From: a virus
Lineage: Duplodnaviria; Caudoviricetes
IMG/VR virus record: IMGVR_UViG_3300033073_001248
Coordinates: 1-64,000 of that record
Strand: one strand, 5' to 3'
DNA length: 64,000 nucleotides
Under the pieces are notes generated by a model. It worked only from the letters and a program-made list of their open reading frames with translations. It did not search any database and was not told the DNA's origin. This document shows positions 52,861 through 63,895 of the stretch, in pieces; within the stretch, counting starts at the first letter, position 1, and each line of letters opens with the position of its first letter. The position numbers and the translations under genes are program-made.

Positions 52861-55800
52861 TGACAATTAGCACAAGACGATTAAGATTACTACGCGGCAA
52901 TGCAGCCGCAGTGGCTGCATTTACTGGGCTTCAGGGTGAATTGGTTTTTAATACTGATACATACACACTGCATCTGCAAGATGGCGCAACAGCAGGCGGC
53001 TATAGTCTTGCTACTACTGCAGATTTAGCCAATATTAGTGCCAACGGCAATTATGGAAACAGTAATGTTGCTAGTTACTTAGCAAGTAATTCGAATGTAA
53101 CAATTTTAACAACTTCTAACATTACCTCTTACTCTGATATAATCGGTAATGTGTTTAGTGGTCAGTACTTAGTTTTAGGTAACGCTATAAACCAAGGCCA
53201 AAGTCCTTTTTTAATAGCCAATGTTAATAATGCAATTAATTTATTGACAGGTAATCGCGGCAACGGCAATGTCAGTATTCAATTGCGGGCAAATAATAAC
53301 CTAACTGGCATTTATTTGCGAAATGATAACGGTTCGATGGGATTTAATACGGTCCCCAGCGGACCAAATATTGGTTATACTTTTACTTTTAACGGTAGTG
53401 CTTATGCCAACGAGTTTTACACTGAAGCCAATATGCCCACAGGATATCAGTTCAACACAACTGATGGGGACACTGGTCTTAGTCATGTAAATCTTGGTGG
53501 TAATTTAAGTGCTATTAGAATCCGTCAGGCTGGTCGCGAAACAGTTAAATTCTACAGCAACGATACTACCGAAATGCGTGGTAATATTGTTATCAGCGAC
53601 GGTGTAAATTACGGCCAATATCCTAATGCTTACATGCAGGTCTATGGCTATGCCAACAGCTATCAGCAGGTTGTTAACCAAAATCTAAGCAATAGTGCTG
53701 CCTCCAGCTCCGACTTTGTTGCCACAGCAGACAATGGCAGCGACACTTCTTATTTCATAGACATGGGCATTAACAGCAGCCAATTTGCCAGCGACAGTTG
53801 GTTCCCAGAGTCTAGTACAATAAATGATGGTTACTTGTATGTTGTAGGTTACGATGCTGCAGGACCTAGTACAGGTAACATTGGTAATTTATATATTGGC
53901 AGTACAAATGGTGTTGTAAAAACATTCATAGGCAATACCTCAGATGCTAATGTAGTAACCACAGTCAGCACTAACTTATTTGCTGTCAGTGGAAACATCA
54001 CAGCCACTGGTACACTACGAACTAATGCTACAACCATATCATTAGGCTACCATGCAGGCAACAGTGGCCAAGGCGCACTGACTGTTGCTGTTGGTAACCA
54101 AGCAGGTGAAATTGATCAAGGTCTGCAAGCTACAGCAGTTGGTGCTGGCGCTGGTAACTATGCTCAAGGTATTGGTACTACGGCAGTGGGTACTAATGCA
54201 GGAGCTGTTAACCAAGGGCTTCGCGCGGTAGCTATCGGGGCCTTGGCAGGATCACAAAATCAAGGTCAGTATGCTGTGGCTATTGGTAACTTTGCCGGCG
54301 GCACTAATCAAGCAAATAACAGCATTATATTAAGCGCCACAGGCACCAATTGGACTGCCAGTACTTCGGGTTTCTTTGTAGCACCTGTTGCAACTAGTAC
54401 CACTGGCAATGTTTTATATTATAATACAACCACAAACGAAATAACTTACGGCGCTGCCGGCAGCACAAATTCGTTATCAAACGGCACCAGTAATGTGTCA
54501 ATACTCACAGCCAATGGTAATGTCACAGTGACAGCAGCTGGCACAAAAACTTGGACATTAGGCACTGACGGAACATTAACATTACCAAGCGGCGGACAGA
54601 TAGGTGAAATTCAGTATGCTGGTGGTATTGATTTGTTTGCGTCAAACGCAATGGCCTACACACAAATCAATTATAACAACACAAATTTTATCTATGCAGA
54701 CTCTGGCGTTTCTGCATTGCAAACCCCTAATGCTTATGTAACTGCTGATACTCTCACAAAAAGAGCTTTGATTCAAGTAATAGATCCTGATACTTCAGCG
54801 GACAGTACTTGGAATTTTGCAGCCAACGGAGAATTAGCATTACCTGCCGATAGAGGAAAAATTGGTCTTAATTCTTATGTAAATGGCATGGACCTTTATA
54901 ATAACAGTGGCGGTTCGGGCTATGTAAAAATGAATTTTGGTGACCAGTCTTATATGTGGGTCGATCCTGCAGGTGCCCACATTCAAACTTCTGGGGGTAA
55001 TTGGGATTTTAATGCCAACGGTGTATTGGTGGCCACTGGTAATATTGTAGCTAGTTTTGCCACAAGTCCAGCACCTGTAATTTCTGGTTATGCTTTTGAC
55101 GGAGTTAGCGTAAACGCTAATATCGGAACATTCAATACAATTTATGGAACTATAGGCACTGCCTCACAAACAAATATTACAACTGTTGGCACTTTAACTG
55201 GTTTGGCAGTATCCGGCACTACTAACACAACCACCTTACAGGTCGGTGGCAATGCTACTATTGGCAACTTAATAGTAACTGGTAACTCAACAATTATTGG
55301 TAATATTACCCAGATTAGCGGTAACAGTGGTCAATTCTTTGGTAATGCAGCCACAGGCTTTAACGCACTATACACAGGTATTGCCGCAGGCTATACACCG
55401 TTACAACAGACAATCATACAGAGTAGTGGTAATTACAACGACTATGTGCAGATTAATTTGCAAAATATCAACAGCGGCAATGCAGCCACTGGTGACTATA
55501 TTGTAACTGCTGACAATGGATCCGACGCTACATATTTCATTGACATGGGCATTGCCAGCAGTAATTTCGATGGTTTGAGTGCTAATATTGTTGGTAATTC
55601 AGTTCGTGCAAATGACGGTTATTTGTATACCATGGGCAACGGCTCAGGCAATCAGGGCGGTAACTTAATCTTTGGCACAGGCACAGTAGGCAAGGTAGTT
55701 AAGATTATTGCAGGTGGTGGTAATACATCAAATGTTGTTGCTACTGTTTCTGCAGGTGCATTTACAGTTAATGGCAATATAACAGGTTCTTACATATTGG

Positions 55801-58481
55801 GTAACGGTAGCCAGTTGACTGGAGTTGCAGCCGCTACAGCAACAACAGCACAATATGTAACTGGACTGACCAGCGCCAATGTAATAACGGCATTGGGCTA
55901 TACACCTTCGAATTACGGCGATGCAAACGTTGCAGCGTTTTCTGGTAATTTGAATCCAGGTAACATCATATTAGCCAACGCAAGTGGCAGAATACAATTT
56001 AAGGCTTCGGGCACAACAAACGGTTCTTACATATACGACACACTTGGTTCTTTGTACCTGTCACCGAATACATCCTACTCGGCTACTGCAGGCGTTATTA
56101 TAGCCGGTTCTGGATTTATTTTAGGTCCCAACAGTGCAAGAAACCTAACTCTAAACTATAACAATGTCAACGGCGCAGTTGGTCTCCAAGCCAACGTGGT
56201 AATTGGTACAACACAAGCCGGCGGCAACTTGACTGTAGCTAACAGTATTACAGCCAGCGGTAATGTAACTGGCAACTATTTTATTGGTAATGGCGCACTA
56301 TTAACAGGTATTACCGCCAGTGCTAATTATGGAAATACCAATGTTGCAGCGTTCTTAGGTGCATACGGCAGTAACACTATTGTAACTACTGGTAATATTA
56401 CTGGCGGTTACTTCATCGGCAATGGCGCATTATTAACGGGCATAGCAGCAAGTTCTAACTATGGTAACACCAATGTAGCTGCATATTTGCCAACTTATAC
56501 TGGAAATGTAAATGCAGCTTACTATTTTGGTAATGGCAGTCAATTGACAGGAATTACTGCTACCACAGCCACAACTGCACAGTATGTAACAGGATTGACC
56601 AGTGCTAATGTAACAACGGCTTTAGGATATACACCTACAAATTACAGTGACAGTAATGTAGGTTCCTATTTGTCTTCGGGCACCACCGGTGCAATAAGTG
56701 CATTGTCAGCAACATTCCGTAACGGTGAACCCAATCCTAATTACAACACTTCACAAATAACATTTGGATATGCAGGCACTTCACAGTACCCTCATTTCAT
56801 ACATACTTTACACAATGCTGGTTCAGGATCCTACAACGCTATTAATTTTTACACCAGCGATGGTACACAGAGTGGTGTATTCCCAACAAATGGTATATTA
56901 GGTTTAACTATAAGCAATGGTAAAATTGGCGTAGGTAATAACACTAATCCTTCCTATACCTTAGATGTAGCAGGTAATGCTTATGTAAGCGGCAATATAT
57001 CAGCCTTATACTTTGTTGGTAATGGTAGTTTACTAACCGGCATTGTAGCAACATCTAGCTATAATGATTCTAATGTTGCTGCTTTCTTAGCCAATATTGG
57101 CAGTAACACAATAACTACAACAGGCAATATTACTGGTAATTACTTTATCGGTAATGGAGCACTGTTAACTGGCATATCAGCCAGCGCCAACTACGGAAAT
57201 ACTAATGTTGCAGCGTTCTTAGGTGCATACGGTAGTAACACTATTGTAACTACTGGTAATATTACAGCTGGTAATTTAATTGGAAATGCATCAGGTACAA
57301 CAGCTTCTTATACAGGCAATGTAACTGGTAATTTCTTCATTGGTAACGGTTCTACTTTAACAGGTGTAACAAATTACAGCAATGCTAATGCTGTATCAAT
57401 GTTAAGCACTAATACCAATGTCATTATTGGTAACACTAACGTTTATCCGTTGCAGGGTAATATTACACAGGTATTCGTTGGTAATGCCACAGCACTAACC
57501 AGCGGCGGCAATACTGGCCCAACTTTGACCAATATACTGAATAATGCCTACTATGATGCCGCCGGCGCACTACGCTATCGCAATACACAGACTGGTGCAT
57601 TATCAATTGCATTGGGTGGTTCAGGAGGAATTTCAGTAGGTGGAACAACTGGAAGTGTAACAGCCAATGCTGCTAGCGGCATGGGCGCATGGTTAACTCT
57701 TAACGGTACTACTCTTCAAACATATAACAGTATTGGAATTACCAGTTCTGGCACAATAACAACCACTAGTGGTTCATTGGTAACTGGTGCGGCTGTCAGT
57801 ACTTTGTTCAATACAGTGGCCAGCACTGTTAATATGGGTGGTGCGGCAACCACTATTGCCATGGGCGCAAGTACTGCAACAGTTACAATTGGTTCAGGTA
57901 CTGGTAATCTTACAGTTGGTAATATTAGTGCTGGTGGCAACATTACAGTCGGCAATGTTATTGGTCTAACCACAAACACAACTATTACTGCAGGCACATA
58001 TACAACTACATTTGATAATGTGGGCAATGTCACAGTAAGTGGCAATTTGACAATCAACGGTGTATATGCTGGCTATGCGCCAGCTCGTGCAGCAGTTCGT
58101 TTATATGGTAATTCATCAACTAATTTGACCGCAGGAACCACAATAAGTAATCAAGTAATTGATTATAATCAAGGCAGTTATTACAATAATTCTACAGGAC
58201 TCTTTACAGTGCCAATTGCAGGACTATATCATTGTTATGCTACTATTCGTGTTGGCAATAACAATGCGCTGAACCAAGCAGCACTATTAAAGAATAATAA
58301 TACAACTGGAGCAAACGTTATTGCATTCTGGGAAACAGATACTAATGCAGGAGTTGCAAGTCATTTCTCAATAACAGGCTATGCCAAGTGCGTGGCAGGC
58401 GATACTATAAGCTTGAAAGTAATAACAGGCAACGTGCAATTTGACAGCAATGACAGCTGGGGCGTAACATATATAGGTTAA
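52860..58481 (+). CDS. long tail fibre / adhesin (Mtd-N-like N-terminus, YadA-like head repeats, C1q/TNF-like C-terminus)
   Basis: N-terminal LRG...FTG..GEL..NTDT.TL...DG.TAGG; AVAIG..AG...Q repeats; GN-rich shaft; C-terminal YNNSTGLFTVPIAGLYH. Confidence 0.85.
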   Translation: MTISTRRLRLLRGNAAAVAAFTGLQGELVFNTDTYTLHLQDGATAGGYSLATTADLANISANGNYGNSNVASYLASNSNVTILTTSNITSYSDIIGNVFSGQYLVLGNAINQGQSPFLIANVNNAINLLTGNRGNGNVSIQLRANNNLTGIYLRNDNGSMGFNTVPSGPNIGYTFTFNGSAYANEFYTEANMPTGYQFNTTDGDTGLSHVNLGGNLSAIRIRQAGRETVKFYSNDTTEMRGNIVISDGVNYGQYPNAYMQVYGYANSYQQVVNQNLSNSAASSSDFVATADNGSDTSYFIDMGINSSQFASDSWFPESSTINDGYLYVVGYDAAGPSTGNIGNLYIGSTNGVVKTFIGNTSDANVVTTVSTNLFAVSGNITATGTLRTNATTISLGYHAGNSGQGALTVAVGNQAGEIDQGLQATAVGAGAGNYAQGIGTTAVGTNAGAVNQGLRAVAIGALAGSQNQGQYAVAIGNFAGGTNQANNSIILSATGTNWTASTSGFFVAPVATSTTGNVLYYNTTTNEITYGAAGSTNSLSNGTSNVSILTANGNVTVTAAGTKTWTLGTDGTLTLPSGGQIGEIQYAGGIDLFASNAMAYTQINYNNTNFIYADSGVSALQTPNAYVTADTLTKRALIQVIDPDTSADSTWNFAANGELALPADRGKIGLNSYVNGMDLYNNSGGSGYVKMNFGDQSYMWVDPAGAHIQTSGGNWDFNANGVLVATGNIVASFATSPAPVISGYAFDGVSVNANIGTFNTIYGTIGTASQTNITTVGTLTGLAVSGTTNTTTLQVGGNATIGNLIVTGNSTIIGNITQISGNSGQFFGNAATGFNALYTGIAAGYTPLQQTIIQSSGNYNDYVQINLQNINSGNAATGDYIVTADNGSDATYFIDMGIASSNFDGLSANIVGNSVRANDGYLYTMGNGSGNQGGNLIFGTGTVGKVVKIIAGGGNTSNVVATVSAGAFTVNGNITGSYILGNGSQLTGVAAATATTAQYVTGLTSANVITALGYTPSNYGDANVAAFSGNLNPGNIILANASGRIQFKASGTTNGSYIYDTLGSLYLSPNTSYSATAGVIIAGSGFILGPNSARNLTLNYNNVNGAVGLQANVVIGTTQAGGNLTVANSITASGNVTGNYFIGNGALLTGITASANYGNTNVAAFLGAYGSNTIVTTGNITGGYFIGNGALLTGIAASSNYGNTNVAAYLPTYTGNVNAAYYFGNGSQLTGITATTATTAQYVTGLTSANVTTALGYTPTNYSDSNVGSYLSSGTTGAISALSATFRNGEPNPNYNTSQITFGYAGTSQYPHFIHTLHNAGSGSYNAINFYTSDGTQSGVFPTNGILGLTISNGKIGVGNNTNPSYTLDVAGNAYVSGNISALYFVGNGSLLTGIVATSSYNDSNVAAFLANIGSNTITTTGNITGNYFIGNGALLTGISASANYGNTNVAAFLGAYGSNTIVTTGNITAGNLIGNASGTTASYTGNVTGNFFIGNGSTLTGVTNYSNANAVSMLSTNTNVIIGNTNVYPLQGNITQVFVGNATALTSGGNTGPTLTNILNNAYYDAAGALRYRNTQTGALSIALGGSGGISVGGTTGSVTANAASGMGAWLTLNGTTLQTYNSIGITSSGTITTTSGSLVTGAAVSTLFNTVASTVNMGGAATTIAMGASTATVTIGSGTGNLTVGNISAGGNITVGNVIGLTTNTTITAGTYTTTFDNVGNVTVSGNLTINGVYAGYAPARAAVRLYGNSSTNLTAGTTISNQVIDYNQGSYYNNSTGLFTVPIAGLYHCYATIRVGNNNALNQAALLKNNNTTGANVIAFWETDTNAGVASHFSITGYAKCVAGDTISLKVITGNVQFDSNDSWGVTYIG
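55780..57400 (+). repeat. internal tandem shaft repeats in the tail fibre
   Basis: NITGxYFIGNGALLTGI..SxNYGNxNVAAFL units; near-identical DNA at about 56262-56400 vs 57125-57265 and about 55800-55915 vs 56530-56645. Confidence 0.85.
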
Positions 58482-58484
58482 TCA

Positions 58485-59021
58485 ATGACTATTAGAAAAC
58501 TTCACTCACATAATACAAACAGTACAAGAGCAAGTATTGCTAAAGACTACACCGAGTTATACTTTGACGATGCTACAAACACCATTTTGTTACCGGATCC
58601 AACAGGCCTATTAGAAACAAAAATTGGTGCAGCTACTGCATCACCACAGTTACCTGGTTACAAAGCAGTCTGCGTGGATGACGGAGTACCAGTTCAACTT
58701 GATGGTTTGATAGTTCAGATGAACACAGGTGCGCCCCGCAGTTTACAATTCAAATTGGCCGCGGGTACTATTAGCACAAGAATATCAGGTGAGATTTACT
58801 GGAGCAATGGTGCTTATGTTGGTAATTACAGTGCCAATTACTGGACAGGCGATACACTAAACACCACTTGGCAACAGATATTTGGATGGAACTTTCCCTG
58901 GGAGGGCGATAAAGCTGTTTACAATGTAATAGATAGAACAAACAAGCGTTTATACAGAATCACTTTAATCATTGGTGCGGGATATAAAAATAACTTTATT
59001 GTCATGGAGAGATTAGTCTAA
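58485..59021 (+). CDS. hypothetical virion-associated protein
   Basis: Coupled to the tail fibre; C-terminal YRITLIIG...NFI..ERL. Confidence 0.6.
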   Translation: MTIRKLHSHNTNSTRASIAKDYTELYFDDATNTILLPDPTGLLETKIGAATASPQLPGYKAVCVDDGVPVQLDGLIVQMNTGAPRSLQFKLAAGTISTRISGEIYWSNGAYVGNYSANYWTGDTLNTTWQQIFGWNFPWEGDKAVYNVIDRTNKRLYRITLIIGAGYKNNFIVMERLV

Positions 59022-59983
59022 TGGACATTAGAGGCGGTAGAATAACAGGTGCTAATATAATTGGCAATCCTGCTGTATATACTTTTACTAATTTTACATT
59101 TACAAATGCCAATGCTGTTGGTAATACCGGCCCTTCATTAAGTTCGGCTACTACTTACTATACAACAACACCAAGTTACAGCGGCAACACTTGGGTTACG
59201 GACACTAATTATTTCAATGTAACCAACGGAATACAGTATTGGACTGTACCACAAACAGGTACATATACCATTGTTGCCGCTGGTGCTAGCGGAGGTGGCA
59301 ATGTAGGTCTGGGCGCACAAGTTACAGGTACTTTTACACTGAATAGGAACGAAACTATTCGTATCCTAGTTGGACAAATGGGCAATGTAACCAGCAACAT
59401 AGGGTCTGGCGGTGGCGGAACATTTGTTATTCGTACGCCATATAATACAACTGCCAGTATTTTAGCTATTGCTGGGGGCGGCGGCGGCCAGTATTTAACT
59501 CAGTCATCAACACTGTCGGGTGGTTCGGGCAATATAACTGGACAGAGTGGGGGCGTTGCAGCAAGTAACGGTGGCGGTGGCGGTGGCACAAACGGCTCAG
59601 GTGGCAACGCTACTAATGGTAGTAATACTGGTACCGGCCAATATGCTGGTGGCGGTGGCGGCTTTGTTGGTAATGGTGGTTATGGTGGTACACCCGTGTC
59701 TGCACCAGGCGGTGAGGGCGGCTATTCTTTTACTAATGGTGGTGTTGGTGGTATGAGATATGTTTATACTGCGGGCCAAACAACCGATGGTGGTTTTGGT
59801 GGCGGCGGTGGAACCGGTGCCCGTGGAGGTGGAGGTGGCGGCTATAATGGAGGCCAAGGTGGTTTCAACACTCAGTCAGGCTATGGCGGCAGCAGTTATA
59901 ATGCTGGTACTAACCGATCCAATGTCAGTAATGTTAATTTAGGACACGGTTTCGCTACTATAACATTTGTGGCAGCAACATAA
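59021..59983 (+). CDS. glycine-rich (ALK/LTK-like PXL domain) virion protein
   Basis: GIQYWTVPQTGTYTI.AAGASGG, GGGGGT, AGGGGG, GGSSYN. Confidence 0.75.
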   Translation: MDIRGGRITGANIIGNPAVYTFTNFTFTNANAVGNTGPSLSSATTYYTTTPSYSGNTWVTDTNYFNVTNGIQYWTVPQTGTYTIVAAGASGGGNVGLGAQVTGTFTLNRNETIRILVGQMGNVTSNIGSGGGGTFVIRTPYNTTASILAIAGGGGGQYLTQSSTLSGGSGNITGQSGGVAASNGGGGGGTNGSGGNATNGSNTGTGQYAGGGGGFVGNGGYGGTPVSAPGGEGGYSFTNGGVGGMRYVYTAGQTTDGGFGGGGGTGARGGGGGGYNGGQGGFNTQSGYGGSSYNAGTNRSNVSNVNLGHGFATITFVAAT

Positions 59984-59994
59984 GTAGGTAAAAT

Positions 59995-60978
59995 ATGCCC
60001 ATAGATATTGGACCAGGAATCAACATAGGACCAGGAATAGATATAACATCTGGCCCTATAACAGCACTTTATACTTTTACCGCATTTACTTTTACCAATG
60101 GGCCAGCTACAGGTAACACTGGTCCTAATTTAACTCAAAGTCTCAGCAGTTACGATACTGCTACCAACACTTGGTTAACAGACACACAATATTATAATAA
60201 CACAAATGGTATTCAGCTATGGACTGTACCAGCTACGGGTAATTATACTATCGAAGCTTATGGAGCCAGCGGTGGCTATGCAACAAACACAAGAGTAGGT
60301 CGTGGTGCTTATATTAAGGGACAGTTTGCACTTACCCAGGGTGAAAAAGTTAAAATTCTTGTAGGCCAAGAAGGCAGTGCTAATGTTACACCCCGAGCAG
60401 AATATGGCGGCGGTGGCGGAACTTTTGTTGTAAAAAATACAGTGGGCACACCCACTACCACAGATATTCTAGTAATTGCTGGTGGGGGTGGTGGTGTTGG
60501 ATCTACTGCTACCAGTTTTGCCAACGCTCACGGCAGTATTACAACTAACGGCAATGCTAGCTCAACCAGTGTGTTATTTGGATCAAACGGTAACGGTGCA
60601 GGATCCAGTAACCAAACTGTACAGGGCGGCGCAGGTTTTACTGGCAACGGCACAAATACACAAGTACCATCAAACGATACCCCTCCCCCGCAGGCTTTTA
60701 GATTTGGGGGTAATGGCGGTAACATTAAGTGGGCCGGCTCAACAGAATCTAGTTCTATAAAAGGTGGTTTTGGCGGCGGTGGCAGTAGTAACCGTTATCA
60801 AGCCCCAACCTCAGTGCCAGCCATGGGCGGTGGGGGTGGATATTCGGGTGGTGCAGGGGGATACGGACTTACTTCTTATTTTGGCGGGGGCGGTGGCAGT
60901 TATAATAATGGTACAAACCAAACAAATACCAGTAATGTACGCTTGGGCAACGGTTCTGTCATTATAACTGCGATTTAA
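59995..60978 (+). CDS. glycine-rich virion protein, paralog of 59021-59983
   Basis: Same architecture (YTFT.FTFTN...GNTGP, GIQLWTVP.TGNYTIEAYGASGG). Confidence 0.75.
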   Translation: MPIDIGPGINIGPGIDITSGPITALYTFTAFTFTNGPATGNTGPNLTQSLSSYDTATNTWLTDTQYYNNTNGIQLWTVPATGNYTIEAYGASGGYATNTRVGRGAYIKGQFALTQGEKVKILVGQEGSANVTPRAEYGGGGGTFVVKNTVGTPTTTDILVIAGGGGGVGSTATSFANAHGSITTNGNASSTSVLFGSNGNGAGSSNQTVQGGAGFTGNGTNTQVPSNDTPPPQAFRFGGNGGNIKWAGSTESSSIKGGFGGGGSSNRYQAPTSVPAMGGGGGYSGGAGGYGLTSYFGGGGGSYNNGTNQTNTSNVRLGNGSVIITAI

Positions 60979-61007
60979 CTAAATAACATATAATTGGGAT
61001 TTTGAAT

Positions 61008-61319
61008 ATGGCAAGTTATACAGTAGTAACAACAACAGCAGCTAATGTAGCTGGTGTTAATGTTTTAAACAGCACAAGAGTTCGTGTAGTAGCTAATAAT
61101 GCCTGTGTTTATGCTATCAACGCTGCTGCCACACTGAGCAGTAATGTTGGTCCTGCTATTCCTGCTAACCGTCCTGTAGATATTAACATGGGCGGCATCG
61201 GTAAAACTATTAGTGTATTACCAACTGGCGGCGCTAGCACAGTAATCACAGTAACAGAAATTGGTACAGTTTATCAAAGTGCATTGAATCAAAACAGCAC
61301 AACATTTTTAAATACCTAA
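61008..61319 (+). CDS. small beta-rich hypothetical protein
   Basis: 103 aa, TAAATA upstream. Confidence 0.6.
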   Translation: MASYTVVTTTAANVAGVNVLNSTRVRVVANNACVYAINAAATLSSNVGPAIPANRPVDINMGGIGKTISVLPTGGASTVITVTEIGTVYQSALNQNSTTFLNT

Positions 61320-61341
61320 TGGTATTTTCTTTGGAATTATA

Positions 61342-61680
61342 ATGCGTATTGCAGACCTATTAGGCGAACTAGTTAACATATTCGGTGAACCCAAACAGCC
61401 CGAAGAACCTATAATTGGCGGCCTTAACAGTGAAGTTCAAAATCGTCCAGATATTACTGAAGTTGAAGCAGAGCTTGAAGATCACGCTGATACCAGTAAA
61501 ATGGTCGCTCCCTTGCAGCAAAAATTAGAACTGCTAAAACGAGCAGTGGGTGTTGACAATATGTATGATGAAGAAGAAGCAGAACAAGTTCGAGACGAGC
61601 TGGATGATATACTAAAAATAGCTGGTGTGCCCACAGCTTCCATATTTGATGCAGGCGATGACGAGCCGCTAGACTCATAA
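61342..61680 (+). CDS. acidic hypothetical protein
   Basis: MRIADLL...PLQQKLELLK.AVG. Confidence 0.6.
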   Translation: MRIADLLGELVNIFGEPKQPEEPIIGGLNSEVQNRPDITEVEAELEDHADTSKMVAPLQQKLELLKRAVGVDNMYDEEEAEQVRDELDDILKIAGVPTASIFDAGDDEPLDS

Positions 61681-61691
61681 AAGGGTCGGCC

Positions 61692-62153
61692 ATGTCTGCA
61701 AACACTTATACCCAAGACTTTTTTACAGATAGACGAAACTATGCGGATGGAAATGTTCGCATAGGACAAATGGATCGTCTTTGGTATGACCCCATTACCA
61801 ATACAATAAGAGTAGGCAATGGTTTACCTGGTGGCCGCATAGTAGGTTTTGGTGGAAATGGTGCTGGTACATTTAACTACAATGTTCGCACAGTTACTAC
61901 AGATTATACCTTTGTTGACAGTGATTACTATGTAGGGGTACTGAGCAATGCCAATGTTACCATTACACTGCCTGTGGGCCAAGAAGGTCGTATCTGTGTA
62001 GTAAAAGATCAAAGTGGCAATTGCAGTACACACAATTTAACTATTAACCCACAGGGGTCCGACACTATAGACAATCAAAATTCAGTCATATTAGCATTAA
62101 ACAATGCCGCAGTGGATATGATTTTTACTAATGGCGGCTGGAGAATCATATGA
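61692..62153 (+). CDS. virion structural protein
   Basis: LWYDP.TNTIRVGNG.PGG; TITLP...GRICVVKD. Confidence 0.65.
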   Translation: MSANTYTQDFFTDRRNYADGNVRIGQMDRLWYDPITNTIRVGNGLPGGRIVGFGGNGAGTFNYNVRTVTTDYTFVDSDYYVGVLSNANVTITLPVGQEGRICVVKDQSGNCSTHNLTINPQGSDTIDNQNSVILALNNAAVDMIFTNGGWRII

Positions 62154-63895
62154 CATATTTGTTTAGTAATACCAGTGCAATCTTTCAAAGCAACGGAACA
62201 GCAATCACTACATCTAACCCTTTGGCGGTCACTGTTGGTGGTGCTAACATTACAATTCAAGGTAATACAAATGTTATCAGTAATGTAACAGTTACCAATT
62301 TTCCTAGTGTACAACCAGTTACTGGCAATGTCAATGCAACTGTAATTGGTAATGTCACAGTTAGCAGTATTACTGGCAATGTCAATGTTAATCCAATTAC
62401 TGGTACTATAACTGTTTCTGGCATAGGCAACCTAAATGTGTCAGGCAATACACTGCCGGTAAGTGGTAATGTTAACGCTACTGTGTCTGGCACAGTAGCA
62501 GTTAGCAGTATCAGCAGTAATGTAACTGTAGTTGACGGTGGCGGCTCGATTACTGTTGACGGTAATGTAGGTATTCTAGGTAATGTAAATGTCACACAAG
62601 GAACTAGTCCTTGGGTAGTATCGGGCAATGTAGGAATTACAGGCAATGCTAATGTTATATTAGCCGACGATGCTAATGTTATTATTTCAGGATTCTCGGG
62701 AGCAACAGCAGATGCATTCGGTCGCTTGCGTGTCAGCAATCCTTTCACACTGTTTGACACACAAGCCCGTTATTTTGATCACGGCCAGTTTGCGTCTAAT
62801 ACATCAGGTACAGCTAATGTAGTCTATGTGGCAGCACAGAGTTCTTGGCAACTTAATGTAGGTACTGCATCAGGTGATAGTGTATTACGAGAAACTGTAA
62901 AACCATTTCCTTATCAACCAGGCAAGAGTCAACTGTCACTAAACACTTTTTGTTTTAGTACTCCAAAACCAAATTTGCGTCAACGAGTAGGATTATTTGA
63001 TTCAAATGACGGTGTATTCTTTGAAAATGATGGCACTTACAACTATTTTGTAATTAGATCGGGATCTACTGGAGTTGAAGAAAGAATTCGCCAAGATGCT
63101 TGGAACGGTGATCAGCTTAATAACACAGGACCCCTAACAAATCCGTCGGGCATCACACTGTATCCAGATCGCACACAGATCTTGTTTGCTGATGTAGAAT
63201 GGTTAGGTGTAGGCTCAGTGCGTGTTGGTTTTGTGATTAATGGTGCTTATGTTATTTGTCATCAATTTAATCACGCTAATCAACCAGGCAATACTAAAGT
63301 CTATATGACCACTGCTACATTGCCTATTCGCTATGAAATAACCAACACTGGTGTTACAGCCAATGCCAGTATGATGACACAGATTTGTAGTTCAATTATT
63401 TCTGAAGGCGGATTCCAATTATCAGGATCGGGTAACCCTAGAGCAGCAAGCCATTTAATAGGTACGCCAGTTAGACTGCCAAATGATGTCAGTTTCAAAC
63501 CATTAATATCTATTAGACTGAAAAGCACTAATTTGAATGCTGTGGTTATTCCAACAGCCTATACTATAGTTCCATTGGCTCAAAGCTTTTTCCAATATCG
63601 TATTTACAAAAAAGCCGTTACATCAGGCGGCTCATGGGTAAGTTCAGCAGCTGATAGCAGTGTAGAATACAATCTTGCCCCAACTAGTTTAGTGTCAGGC
63701 GACATAGCCGAACAGTCATTTCTAAACAGTACCAACCAAAGTACCGGTGCTCCTATACAAACTGAGTTTAGTTTTGAGTATCAGTTGGAGCGTGAACCAT
63801 TTACTGGTGTAGCTTATGAATATGTAATTATGATGGCCACAACAGGTCAAAATCAAGATGTCTATGCCAGTATTGAATGGCAAGAAATCAGTTGA
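62150..63895 (+). CDS. virion structural protein with GNV-repeat shaft and beta-sandwich C-terminal domain
   Basis: V.GNVN repeats, DAFGRLRVSNPFTLFD, YQPGKS, LPIRYEI. Confidence 0.7.
   Translation: MTYLFSNTSAIFQSNGTAITTSNPLAVTVGGANITIQGNTNVISNVTVTNFPSVQPVTGNVNATVIGNVTVSSITGNVNVNPITGTITVSGIGNLNVSGNTLPVSGNVNATVSGTVAVSSISSNVTVVDGGGSITVDGNVGILGNVNVTQGTSPWVVSGNVGITGNANVILADDANVIISGFSGATADAFGRLRVSNPFTLFDTQARYFDHGQFASNTSGTANVVYVAAQSSWQLNVGTASGDSVLRETVKPFPYQPGKSQLSLNTFCFSTPKPNLRQRVGLFDSNDGVFFENDGTYNYFVIRSGSTGVEERIRQDAWNGDQLNNTGPLTNPSGITLYPDRTQILFADVEWLGVGSVRVGFVINGAYVICHQFNHANQPGNTKVYMTTATLPIRYEITNTGVTANASMMTQICSSIISEGGFQLSGSGNPRAASHLIGTPVRLPNDVSFKPLISIRLKSTNLNAVVIPTAYTIVPLAQSFFQYRIYKKAVTSGGSWVSSAADSSVEYNLAPTSLVSGDIAEQSFLNSTNQSTGAPIQTEFSFEYQLEREPFTGVAYEYVIMMATTGQNQDVYASIEWQEIS

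Noticed and set aside
52860-58481. Diversity-generating retroelement target (Mtd-like N-terminus)
   Set aside because: No reverse transcriptase and no adenine-specific template/variable repeat pair in the window; internal repeats differ mainly at synonymous positions, not only at adenines.
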